Sequence record: MK250028.1
DNA: 64,000 nt
Reading direction: 5' to 3' (one strand)
Shown: positions 42,265 to 51,700 of the stretch, piece by piece
How positions within the stretch are numbered: the stretch's first letter is position 1
Layout: each line of letters opens with the position of its first letter
The notes under the pieces: generated by a model
What the model saw: the letters and a program-made list of their open reading frames with translations, nothing else
Told to the model about the DNA's origin: nothing
Database searches by the model: none
Program-made: the position numbers and the translations under genes

Positions 42265-42591
42265 ATGAAAGCAAATTTTGTAACGGTTATCAAGAAGAGA
42301 GCAATCAAGAATGTACCAGCATTTCAAGATTTCTCAATGAAACAGATTAAGGTTATTAGTAATTCACCTAATTATCCAAATTCTGTAACTTTATCTATGG
42401 ACATTTATTGTGATAATGTTGATGGTTATATTTTTAATAATGCATCTACAAATGAACAATATGCATTGACATCTGTTCAACTTAGTGACGCATTACGTAA
42501 GATGATTAGTAATAAAAAGTGTTATAAGCCTAACAGTAAGGAAGATTTACTTAGACTTACATTTGATACTATTGAATCTTTTAAATTTTAA
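42265..42591 (+). CDS. hypothetical protein
   Basis: 108-aa ORF with its own promoter. Confidence 0.7.
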   Translation: MKANFVTVIKKRAIKNVPAFQDFSMKQIKVISNSPNYPNSVTLSMDIYCDNVDGYIFNNASTNEQYALTSVQLSDALRKMISNKKCYKPNSKEDLLRLTFDTIESFKF

Positions 42592-42603
42592 TTAATTTAA
42601 ATG

Positions 42604-42632
42604 TAGACAATAATACATTATTAATATATAAT
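42604..42632 (+). promoter_or_regulatory. TAGACA-N17-TATAAT promoter upstream of the tRNA
   Basis: TAGACA 42604-42609 and TATAAT 42627-42632. Confidence 0.6.
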
Positions 42633-42691
42633 ATATATAAATTATTTGATTAAACAAATTAATGAAAAATTAAAAATAATTTATTAAAATG

Positions 42692-42722
42692 TAGACAATA
42701 TCAAATAAATAACATATAAATA
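42692..42722 (+). promoter_or_regulatory. TAGACA-N17-TATAAATA promoter upstream of the tRNA
   Basis: second tandem copy of the same motif. Confidence 0.6.
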
Positions 42723-42840
42723 ATATAATAATTAAAAACAAACGCTTATTTGATTTTCGTAGCGTTATGGATAAGTTGATAGAATTCAGAAATTCCTTTT
42801 AAGACGAATACACATGGAATGGTCCATTGGTGGAATTGGT

Positions 42841-43149
42841 AAAGTGTTTGCCTGCATTAATTTGTAGAATCCATCAAATTCAGTATCAGTTAGGATTAAA
42901 TTTTAAATATTAGTAGTTGCTATTGACGAAAATATTGACAATAATTAATTTATTGTTACCTGAGGAATAAGTGTTTATTTAATAAACAACGAAGAAGCTG
43001 ACTAAGAAAACCTAAGGTCTTCATAAGAAGATAGCTTGGTAATACTGAGCCAAGATAATTTTTAATTATAAGGTGCAGAGACTATACGGTGGGAACTAAT
43101 AGCAAGTTAAGATATAGTCCAAACTTTATAGAAATATAAAGAGTTTTTG
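42841..43149 (+). ncRNA. group I intron in the tRNA D-loop (309 nt, no ORF)
   Basis: P1 GGU-AAA/UUU-GCC with U.G at the 5' splice site, P10 GUGUUU/AGACAC, P7 GACUA 43080 / UAGUC 43115, terminal G 43149. Confidence 0.88.
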
Positions 43150-43164
43150 AGACACGAGGGACTT

Positions 43165-43512
43165 AAAAAATTTGAGTGCTCTATTGAGAAATCATAGAAG
43201 TAGAATCTCCCTAACGAAACGGAAGCCTAATTATTGGTGACAATAATGGTGGTGACGAACTCACTAAGTTGTTATAGAACGTTAATCTATATTAAATGTA
43301 AATTGAAGTGTTACAGCATAAATAGCGAAGAGACTATAGAGGAGATACCTAAGTTAAAGTACACGAAGAATAATCAATTAGATTATCACTATATATGAAG
43401 AGTATATAGTTTTATAATAAGGAATGCGCATTACTTTAATATGGTAGTAAAATAGTCCAGACTACAACATCTTAATAATTAAGATGGCTTGTATTAAAGC
43501 AAGAGTAGTAAG
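43165..43512 (+). ncRNA. group I intron in the tRNA anticodon, U34/A35 (348 nt, no ORF)
   Basis: P1 ACUU-AAA/UUU-GAGU with U.G at the splice site, P7 GACUA 43332 / UAGUC 43453, terminal G 43512. Confidence 0.9.
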
Positions 43513-43568
43513 AAAATCCCTTGGGCAGAAATGCCCGTGCCGGTTCGAATCCGGCATGGACTACATAT

Positions 43569-43607
43569 AAAAGTCTGATAATCAATAGCTTAGATTATCA
43601 GACTTTT
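43569..43607 (+). terminator. intrinsic terminator after the tRNA
   Basis: AAAAGTCTGATAATC/GATTATCAGACTTTT hairpin. Confidence 0.78.
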
Positions 43608-43648
43608 ATTTTTATATAGTATATAAAGTATAATTAATATTTTTAATA

Positions 43649-44785
43649 ATGATTACAATTACAGAACAATATATAAAAGAGTACCAAAAGAAATTAGATG
43701 ATATTTCTAAATCATTTGATTTAGAGAAACAACATATTATAGTTGAAGAATTATCAATTAAAGTTTCTGCACCAGATTTTTGGGATGATTTTGAAAGTGC
43801 GACATCAATCACAAAAGAACTTAATACAGCAAAAGAAAAGATAGATGATGTTGAACATATGAAAATGCTTATTGATGAGTTATCAACTGCATTAATGTAT
43901 TATAAGGAATTTGAAGGTAAAGATGAAGAAGAATATATAAATCTAGCGAATTCTGAATTAATTAGTGAATTCAGTAAATTTGAGGATAAGTATAGATTTG
44001 TTGATCCTACAGATTCATTAGGAGCTGTATTAGACATTAATGCAGGTGCAGGAGGAACAGAAGCAAATGATTGGGCAAATATGTTATTCCGTATGTATGA
44101 GATGTGGGCAAAATCAAATAATTATAAGTTTAAAGTTTTATATTATTCAGAAGGGGATAAAGTAGGTATTAAAAATGTATCTATTGAAATTACTGGTAAT
44201 AATGCGTATGGAACATTAAAAGGTGAAACCGGTGTTCATAGAATGGTAAGGGTTTCACCATATAATGCACAAGGTAAACGTATGACTAGTTTTGCTGCAG
44301 TTTCTGTTGTGCCTTTAGTAGATAATTCTATCAAGGTTGAAATTGACGATTCTAAATTAACAATAGATACATTTAGATCTTCTGGTGCTGGTGGTCAAAA
44401 TGTAAATAAGGTAGAATCTGGTGTACGTGTAAATTATATGTATACAGATCCAGATACAGGTGAAACAGAAAAAATTCAAGTTGCAAATACAGAAACAAGA
44501 GATCAACCAAAGAATAAAGAAAGAGCAATGCAAATTCTTAAATCTATTCTTTATAAGAAAGCATTGGATAAACAATTAGCTAAGAAAAAAGAAATAGAAG
44601 ATGCAAAACTTAAAAATGAATGGGGTGCACAAATTAGATCTTATGTATTTGATGATAAGCGAGTAAAAGATCATCGTACAGGTTATCAAACAACTGATGT
44701 TGATTCTGTTATGAATGGAAATATAAATGGTTTTATAGAATCATATAATAATTGGATTATTGAGCAAGAAAATAATAGACTTTAA
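43649..44785 (+). CDS. prfB: peptide chain release factor 2
   Basis: GGTEANDWA, GETGVHRMVRVSPY (SPF-type motif), FRSSGAGGQNVNK (GGQ), WGAQIRSY; no internal frameshift. Confidence 0.95.
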   Translation: MITITEQYIKEYQKKLDDISKSFDLEKQHIIVEELSIKVSAPDFWDDFESATSITKELNTAKEKIDDVEHMKMLIDELSTALMYYKEFEGKDEEEYINLANSELISEFSKFEDKYRFVDPTDSLGAVLDINAGAGGTEANDWANMLFRMYEMWAKSNNYKFKVLYYSEGDKVGIKNVSIEITGNNAYGTLKGETGVHRMVRVSPYNAQGKRMTSFAAVSVVPLVDNSIKVEIDDSKLTIDTFRSSGAGGQNVNKVESGVRVNYMYTDPDTGETEKIQVANTETRDQPKNKERAMQILKSILYKKALDKQLAKKKEIEDAKLKNEWGAQIRSYVFDDKRVKDHRTGYQTTDVDSVMNGNINGFIESYNNWIIEQENNRL

Positions 44786-44842
44786 TTAAATATTTTCTTA
44801 TAAATAATTAATGAAATATTTTCCTATATAAAATAAATTATG

Positions 44843-44850
44843 TATCTTTG
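44843..44850 (+). promoter_or_regulatory. Bacteroidetes -7 box TATCTTTG
   Basis: TTATGTATCTTTGTATTGT upstream of 44898. Confidence 0.72.
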
Positions 44851-44897
44851 TATTGTTGATAATTAAATTAGTATAAACAATTAAAAATATAAAGGTT

Positions 44898-45119
44898 ATG
44901 AAAGTACGTATAGGAAGAGACGAAAAGTTCATTGAACTTGGTAAGTATGACGATATAACAATTATAGATGATGCTGGTACAGAGTATCGCATTGAAGCAA
45001 ATGATCCTTGTTATCAAGGTAATGGTATAAAAGTTTATGATATTGATGGGTGCATTCTTGTAAAACCATCTACATCAAATCTTGTACAAATTTTCTCGAC
45101 ATCAAAGATTGAGTTGTAA
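44898..45119 (+). CDS. hypothetical protein
   Basis: 73-aa ORF with its own promoter. Confidence 0.7.
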   Translation: MKVRIGRDEKFIELGKYDDITIIDDAGTEYRIEANDPCYQGNGIKVYDIDGCILVKPSTSNLVQIFSTSKIEL

Positions 45120-45174
45120 TATCTATAATTGTTTTATATGTTAATATGAAAATTTTAACTATAAAATATATTAT

Positions 45175-45702
45175 ATGGGTTGTCACACATGGGTTTATAA
45201 GCTAATCAGTTCGATGTCTAAAGATGAAATAAACAGAGAAATTGATTGTGTTATTAACGAACGTAAACAGCGTTTTTACATGTCTTCTAATGAGGATGAA
45301 TATGCAAATAGAATGGTAAAACTTACTAAAGATAGTTCTGTTGCACCAATGTCTTATGCAGATGCTATTAAACGTTATAAAGAAGCAAGAGAAGAAACAC
45401 AACTTATTATAGATAAGTTAACACTTGCTAAGCAAACAGGTGATTTATCTGTAATAACATATAAAAATGGATTTGATACATCAGAAGATGATACATATCT
45501 TTTCTTATGTACAAATACCCCATTTAGATGTTATGAATATACAGATAAACAATTTACAAATAAAGATGAATTGATTTCATATATACATTCAGTTGATCCA
45601 AAAAAAATTGAAGTTTATAATAATGATAAATCATTAGATGAACAGATATATGATTTCTTTAAACTTCATGGTGACAATAATTTATTATTTGAATTCGGTT
45701 AA
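45175..45702 (+). CDS. conserved phage hypothetical protein
   Basis: MGCHTW start, LLFEFG end. Confidence 0.7.
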   Translation: MGCHTWVYKLISSMSKDEINREIDCVINERKQRFYMSSNEDEYANRMVKLTKDSSVAPMSYADAIKRYKEAREETQLIIDKLTLAKQTGDLSVITYKNGFDTSEDDTYLFLCTNTPFRCYEYTDKQFTNKDELISYIHSVDPKKIEVYNNDKSLDEQIYDFFKLHGDNNLLFEFG

Positions 45703-45704
45703 AA

Positions 45705-46169
45705 ATGAGAACAAATAAGTTAAATGAATGTGTACTATCAATGATGTATACAAACATGGATTTAGAAATTGATTCTTATTCATTGTTATGTTGTTTAGAT
45801 GAAATTGGATTTACATATCCGCCCTATCCTAATTCAACTGAATATTTGAATATTGGTGAATCACGGAACCTTAGAGAATTTAATGAAACTAATAAACATG
45901 TATTCTATCACATGATTTATGATTTTATTAAATGGACATATGGAATATCTGTAAGTTTCTGGGAATCTAAATCAATATCATATAATGAAAGAGGAACAAT
46001 TGAAAAAGTTGATATTGAAGGTATGGATGAAACATCAGATATATATGGTATTATTACAAATATGGTATTTGATGATTTAAATACTGCATATAAAACTGTT
46101 GCACATATGATTGTTTCCGATTTAAATTGGAGACATAAACAAAAGAAAAAATTTTCTAATGTTAAATAA
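45705..46169 (+). CDS. hypothetical protein
   Basis: 154-aa ORF. Confidence 0.65.
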   Translation: MRTNKLNECVLSMMYTNMDLEIDSYSLLCCLDEIGFTYPPYPNSTEYLNIGESRNLREFNETNKHVFYHMIYDFIKWTYGISVSFWESKSISYNERGTIEKVDIEGMDETSDIYGIITNMVFDDLNTAYKTVAHMIVSDLNWRHKQKKKFSNVK

Positions 46170-46230
46170 GACTTTTTTAATAAACAAATATATACATAAT
46201 AATTAATAATATTTTAAATTCTATTTAAAC

Positions 46231-46791
46231 ATGGGATTGTTTGATTTTCTTAATAAGAATAAGTCAGAGGATGTAAGTACATTGTTTACTGACGAAAATA
46301 AAGGAAGTTGTGCTTCTGCAGCTGATGCATATAAGAAGTCTCGTTATGGAATTCTTAAGACTGATAAAATGATGCTTGAGGAATTTTTCACGGATGTTAA
46401 GCTTCTTGTAGAGCAGAAAAATATGGAGCGAAGCTATTGTGGAATGGTTCAAATCGGGGATGATATTATTAAGTACCTTCCTAAGATTAAGGATCGTCTT
46501 GGACGTCAGCTCGGTTATAAAGTAATTGTGTTGGATGATAATACAGTTATTACTAATAATGTATCAAATACAAAAGATATAATTAAGAGTGGACATACGT
46601 ATCTCCTTCTTATTTGGGATAAGTTGTCTGTAGAGGAAGTTGCAGAATATAATGCTACACATCCAGTAAATGATGATTCAGATGATACATCAACTGTTGA
46701 TTCATTGAAGCAAGATGAAGATACAAAGAAAGTTGAAACATCTGATACTTCAAAGAAAAACACAAAGTAGAAGAAACTTAATAAAAAATAA
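46231..46791 (+). CDS. hypothetical protein (TAG at 46768 read as Gln gives a 7-aa extension)
   Basis: code-11 stop is TAG; next TAA at 46789. Confidence 0.65.
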
Positions 46792-46802
46792 TTATCAATT
46801 TG

Positions 46803-46833
46803 TAGACAATTTGTTTATTAAGTAATATAAATA
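46803..46833 (+). promoter_or_regulatory. TAGACA-N17-TATAAATA promoter
   Basis: third copy of the motif found upstream of the tRNA. Confidence 0.6.
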
Positions 46834-46837
46834 TTAA

Positions 46838-47070
46838 GATAGAGAAAAAGGTGATAGTAATTATACATTTGATGCTTTTATAATTAACCATTTAATTTGT
46901 GTATAATTACTTTTCTTGTAAATATTTGGTTCGGTTAATTAACGAATATTTACAAACAAAGAAGAGAGAAGTAAAATGTTTTAGAAGAGAAACATTTTAC
47001 AAATGGAAAAGGAAAGATAGATATGAGGTGAAAAGTCGTTGTGATAACGGTTTTTCACCATTTTTATTTT
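46838..47070 (+). ncRNA. candidate structured small RNA (four hairpins)
   Basis: hairpins 46856-46911, 46916-46955, 46971-47000 and 47027-47059 plus T tract; purine-rich linkers; no convincing ORF. Confidence 0.45.
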
Positions 47071-47101
47071 TATAATATTTTCATAATTTAAAAATTATAT
47101 G

Positions 47102-47109
47102 TATCTTTG
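47102..47109 (+). promoter_or_regulatory. Bacteroidetes -7 box TATCTTTG
   Basis: ATATGTATCTTTGTATT upstream of 47139. Confidence 0.72.
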
Positions 47110-47138
47110 TATTATAATAATTTAAATATAGAACTATT

Positions 47139-48731
47139 ATGAAATATTTGGTTAATTGGATTGAAAAAGAAATGCATCCAGATCAGCATATAAGTTCTAA
47201 GTCAACATCTTCAGAATATTTTTACTTCTATGGTAAAAAGGTTCGACTATCTGATCACTTAAATGGTGAACATAAAGATAATGATTTGGAAATTATATGT
47301 GTGCATGATTTATTCGGTAAGAATAAACAATACATTGTAAAAGAGGGTTCATCTCCTTCTATCATGTCTGTTCCTGATGTAAAGACTTTAAAAATAGTAT
47401 TATCTACATTTTTATTTCAATATAAAAATAGTTATGATAATATACGAATAAAAAATGCTATTACAGAAAGTACGCAAAAAAGTAATTTTGATGTATGCAT
47501 TGATAAACTCAAAAATTGTGGAATTCTAAATTCTTCTGATATTGGTTCTATTAACGTATATATGAATACTATTTGTAAACAATGGGGAAGTATGAAAGAA
47601 GATCTTCGATTAACAATATTACATCTGTTTAATTCTGGTAAAACTATCGAGGAAATAAAAAATATCATTAATGTTGAATTTCCGGTTAATAATGCAAATA
47701 ATTGGCAAAATGAAGATATTCAAGATAATATAAACAAGATATATCAATATATTCCATATGATTATAAAATAGATGAGCATATCATTTGTCAAAAATCATT
47801 ATTAAAGAAAAAAGTAGAAGATAGTTATAAGAATCTTCTTGTTGAATATGAAAATTATAGACAGCAAACAATAGAGAAATTGTGTCAGCAAGATAAAGAC
47901 AGATATGTTAATATCTTTGGTTCATTACTTGTAAAAAATACAGATGGACGTTATTCTAAGTTATCTATAGCACAGAGAAAGAAATTTAGAGAACTTGCAT
48001 ACAACAAAGTCCCTTATGATATATGTCTTAACGTATTTAATCATACATTTAAGATAAAGAAAAATAAAAGATTCTTACCAGAACCTACAGAGCTTGGTAA
48101 TGTGGTAAATAAATTTTTAAAACTATACAACATTGGTATTGTAAAATATCCAGACGAAGAAGATTTTGATAATATATATTCTTCTAACTTTGAAACTAAT
48201 ATTACTACTGTAGAAAGTAATAATGTAGACGAAGTAGAAAGTAATAATGTAGATGAAGTAGAAACTAATGATAATAATGTTAATGTAGAAGAGATAATCA
48301 ATCATGATAATGATATAATTCATTTTATTCATGATACTGATAAAGTTATAAAGGAATCTTATGAATATGCAAATGCAGAATTTTTGAATATTATTGATAT
48401 TCATGAAATGTTTGATAATAATCAGATTAATATTCTTGATGAAGTAATTAAGAAGATTAATGATACAGATAAGTATACATCATTTGAAACTCGTCGTATC
48501 ACTGATGTATTTGCAAAGCATTATTCTGATATATGGGATAAGTTAACATGGGGTCAAAAAGGACTTTGTTCAACTATTATTACGGAAGAACGAATGAATC
48601 TTAATGAAACAGATTTTATTATCAATAAGATATTTGATAAAACATCATTTAATTGGCCTGTAACAGAGCAATGTCGCAAGGATATTAAAATGTATTGTCA
48701 ACGTATAAAAGAGAGCCGTATGGCTGCTTAA
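47139..48731 (+). CDS. hypothetical protein
   Basis: 530-aa ORF, N-terminal KVRLSDH motif, internal VESNNVDE repeat. Confidence 0.8.
   Translation: MKYLVNWIEKEMHPDQHISSKSTSSEYFYFYGKKVRLSDHLNGEHKDNDLEIICVHDLFGKNKQYIVKEGSSPSIMSVPDVKTLKIVLSTFLFQYKNSYDNIRIKNAITESTQKSNFDVCIDKLKNCGILNSSDIGSINVYMNTICKQWGSMKEDLRLTILHLFNSGKTIEEIKNIINVEFPVNNANNWQNEDIQDNINKIYQYIPYDYKIDEHIICQKSLLKKKVEDSYKNLLVEYENYRQQTIEKLCQQDKDRYVNIFGSLLVKNTDGRYSKLSIAQRKKFRELAYNKVPYDICLNVFNHTFKIKKNKRFLPEPTELGNVVNKFLKLYNIGIVKYPDEEDFDNIYSSNFETNITTVESNNVDEVESNNVDEVETNDNNVNVEEIINHDNDIIHFIHDTDKVIKESYEYANAEFLNIIDIHEMFDNNQINILDEVIKKINDTDKYTSFETRRITDVFAKHYSDIWDKLTWGQKGLCSTIITEERMNLNETDFIINKIFDKTSFNWPVTEQCRKDIKMYCQRIKESRMAA
48210..48275 (+). repeat. 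24-nt in-frame tandem repeat (VESNNVDE x ~2.7)
   Basis: GTAGAAAGTAATAATGTAGAYGAA repeated. Confidence 0.8.
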
Positions 48732-48738
48732 AATAACA

Positions 48739-48778
48739 AATAGGATAGATTACTAATTAATAGTATATCTATCCTATT
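48739..48778. terminator. bidirectional intrinsic terminator
   Basis: AATAGGATAGAT/ATCTATCCTATT between convergent genes. Confidence 0.75.
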
Positions 48779-48784
48779 TTATTT

Positions 48785-51700
48785 TTATATTGCATATCCA
48801 TTATTACCTTTTGATTTATTATCAGACTATGCTTCTTGTTTCGCTTGCCATGCTCGCGCTTTAGCATTATCGTCAACGTCAACAAAGTTCTAACCATTAG
48901 AAACTAAATATGTATTTCTATTTCCTTGGTTAATTTTTGTCATTGTCATATGTTTATGTTTAGGAATATCTGGTATATTATCTTGCATCTTCATATGTTG
49001 TCTATGTCTATTTCTTAACTCATCATATGTAGATTCTATTACATCTGCTAATGAAACAAGTTGCTATATATTTGTATCCTTTAATTCATCAGTATTTATG
49101 GATGTTAATGCTTTAATCTTATTAAATAATTGTTTATCTTTTTCCTATGATATTTTAACCATTTTCATTTCTGGATTATAACTAGGATTTTCAATTATAT
49201 TATCAAATATCATAGATGTTGGAACACTTGTACTTGTATTTAATGAAGGCATCTTCATATTAGAAGTGTCATAACTATTATTATAATGATTGTTTACCAT
49301 TGGAATATTATTAGTTGAACTATTTAAAATAGGTTGTGTCATTTGCATATCTATTTTACTTTCGTTCAATAATGGTTCAGTCATTACCATATTCTATTGA
49401 TAATCATTATATACAGGTTGTGTCATTACCATTGATAAACTACTGTCAATTATTTCTGGTGAAAACATTTTCATATCAGGTATTGAAGTATTATCAATAG
49501 GTTTAGACATAACCATATTTGATAAAGATGTATCATTTATTAATTCAGTCATTACCATATTTGATAAAGATGAACTATCTGTTAATTCAGTAAATTTCAT
49601 ATCAGCTGTAGATACATTCATATCTAAATATGTCATATCCATATCTGCTAATGAAATATCTTCATTAGGTTTAACCATAATCATATCAGGTAATGATGTA
49701 TTCAATTCTGGATATGTCATTTTCATATCAGTGGTTGAAACATTCATATCTAAATATGTCATATCCATATCGCCTAATGATGTACTTGTATTTATATATG
49801 TCATATCCATATCAGGTAATGATATACTTGCATTAAGATATGTCATATCCATATCTGCTGTAGATACATTCTGTTTTATTGAAGTCATTGTCATATCTCC
49901 TAATGATGTACTTGTATTAAGATATGCCATATCCATCTATATTTTTGATGTACTAATATCCATTGGTGTCATCTTCATCTAACCATTCGAAGCACCTGTA
50001 ATTTCAACTTCAAACATCTGATTAGTAAATTTAGTATCATCTCCTTTATTTGGTATCATATCCATCTTTGTTTTTGTAAGATACATATCCATTTCTACCA
50101 TTTGATTATGTGCTTGTGGTATATCATCACCTTCCAATGGTTGTAAATTATGATGTTCCTTACTAACATTCTATGGATTTGGAATTAAATTCATCTTATT
50201 CTTTACTGCATCCTATGGAACAGAAATAAAATTCATACCATTATGTGAACTATCAATATTGATACCCATGAAATTCATGTCGACTTTACTTGTATCAAAA
50301 TATGTAGAATCTTTTTTCATATCCATTTTAGTATGTTCAAGATTCATTTCAGGTTTTACATATGTCATAGAATTATGTGAACTGTCTAACTAAGGTTTAA
50401 CATATGTCATAGAATTATGAGATGTATCTATATTTAATTCTACATATGTCATATCTGATTTAGATATATCCATTTCCGGCTTAACATATGTCATAGAATT
50501 ATGTTCTGTATTCATATCGGGTGAAACATAATTCATATCAGTATGATCTAAATTCATCTTAGGTTTAACATAATTCATATCTGCATGATCAAGATTCATT
50601 TCTGGTTCAACATAATTCTAATCATGTTTATCCAAATTCATATCAGGTGAAACATAATTCTAATCAGGTTTATCCAAATTCATTTCTGGTTTAATATAAT
50701 CCTAATCTGGTTTATCTAAATTAAATTCAGGAACAACATATGTCATATTATCATGGTCTAGATTCATTTCTGGTTCAACATAATTCTAATCTGGTTTATC
50801 CAAATTCATATATGGTTTAATATAATTCATAAGATTATGATCAAGATTCATATCTGGACGAACATAATTCTGTTGAAATTTATCAAGATTCATTTCTGGT
50901 TTTATATAATCCTAATCAGGTTTATCTAAATTAAATTCAGGGATAACATATGTCTAATCTGGTTTATCTAAATTCATTTCAGGTTCAACATATGTCATAT
51001 CATTATGATTCAAGTTAAACTCAGGTGATATATAATCATACTATGGTTTATCAAGATTCATATCTAATTCTTGATAATTCTATTTAATCTTATCTAAATT
51101 TTCATTAGGTCTAATATAATTATGTTGAATTTTATCAAGATTCATATTAATACATGGATCTATCAAGATAAAACTTGCATCATCGCCTGTTATTTTTATA
51201 TTAGGATCTAATTGAGCAGTAGATGTATCTATAATTCCTGGATCAACTATATTATAATATGCATCACTTCCAACTACATATGTATTATGTAACATATATT
51301 GTATCATTACTTTGATACGATTTTTCATTTGTTCCTATGCTTTTATAACATCAGGTCCATATAATAATTGTTCATGATCATAAATATAAGATTCTTCATT
51401 AGGTCGTTGTAAATCATTATAGAATGTATCTCTATCAGGATTTGCAGAATCTCTTACTAATACAGGTCTAGAATGAATAACTTTCTTAAGATATTTCTTC
51501 AAATCTTTCCAAGACTATATAGAATATAAACTATCTCGTACATTTGCCATATGCCATGTATTATCTGGAAGCTGGGGTCCATATACATCTGCCATACCGT
51601 ATAATCTATCATAATCAGAATTATCACCAACTTTATGCGTTATTTCTTTATCAAAATACGCAGTATATTCAGATGGTGTCATGAACATTCTTCTCATCCA

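Larger units (their letters stand above)
42821..43563 (+). tRNA. trnL: tRNA-Leu(UAA), three exons (42821-42840, 43150-43164, 43513-43563)
   Basis: spliced 86 nt GGTCCAT TG GTGGAATTGGTAGACAC G AGGGA CTTAAAA TCCCT TGGGCAGAAATGCCC GT GCCGG TTCGAAT CCGGC ATGGACT A folds into a full class II cloverleaf; CCA not encoded. Confidence 0.93.

Noticed and set aside
42740-42820. Additional tRNA upstream of tRNA-Leu
   Set aside because: Only a short AACGC/GCGTT stem is present; no T-loop or cloverleaf could be built
46976-47026. 16-aa peptide MFQKRNILQMEKERQI in the hairpin cluster
   Set aside because: Needs two TAG read-throughs, starts inside a stem and has no support; an RNA-level function seems more likely
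49260-51150. CRISPR array or non-coding repeat
   Set aside because: Units are 42 nt, degenerate, in frame and lack unique spacers; they encode a 14-aa protein repeat
50340-51150. TAG decoded as Met because it aligns with ATG in the repeat
   Set aside because: CAG occurs at the same repeat position, and the poly-Q runs and EC-Q-GK-Q-H motifs elsewhere require Gln
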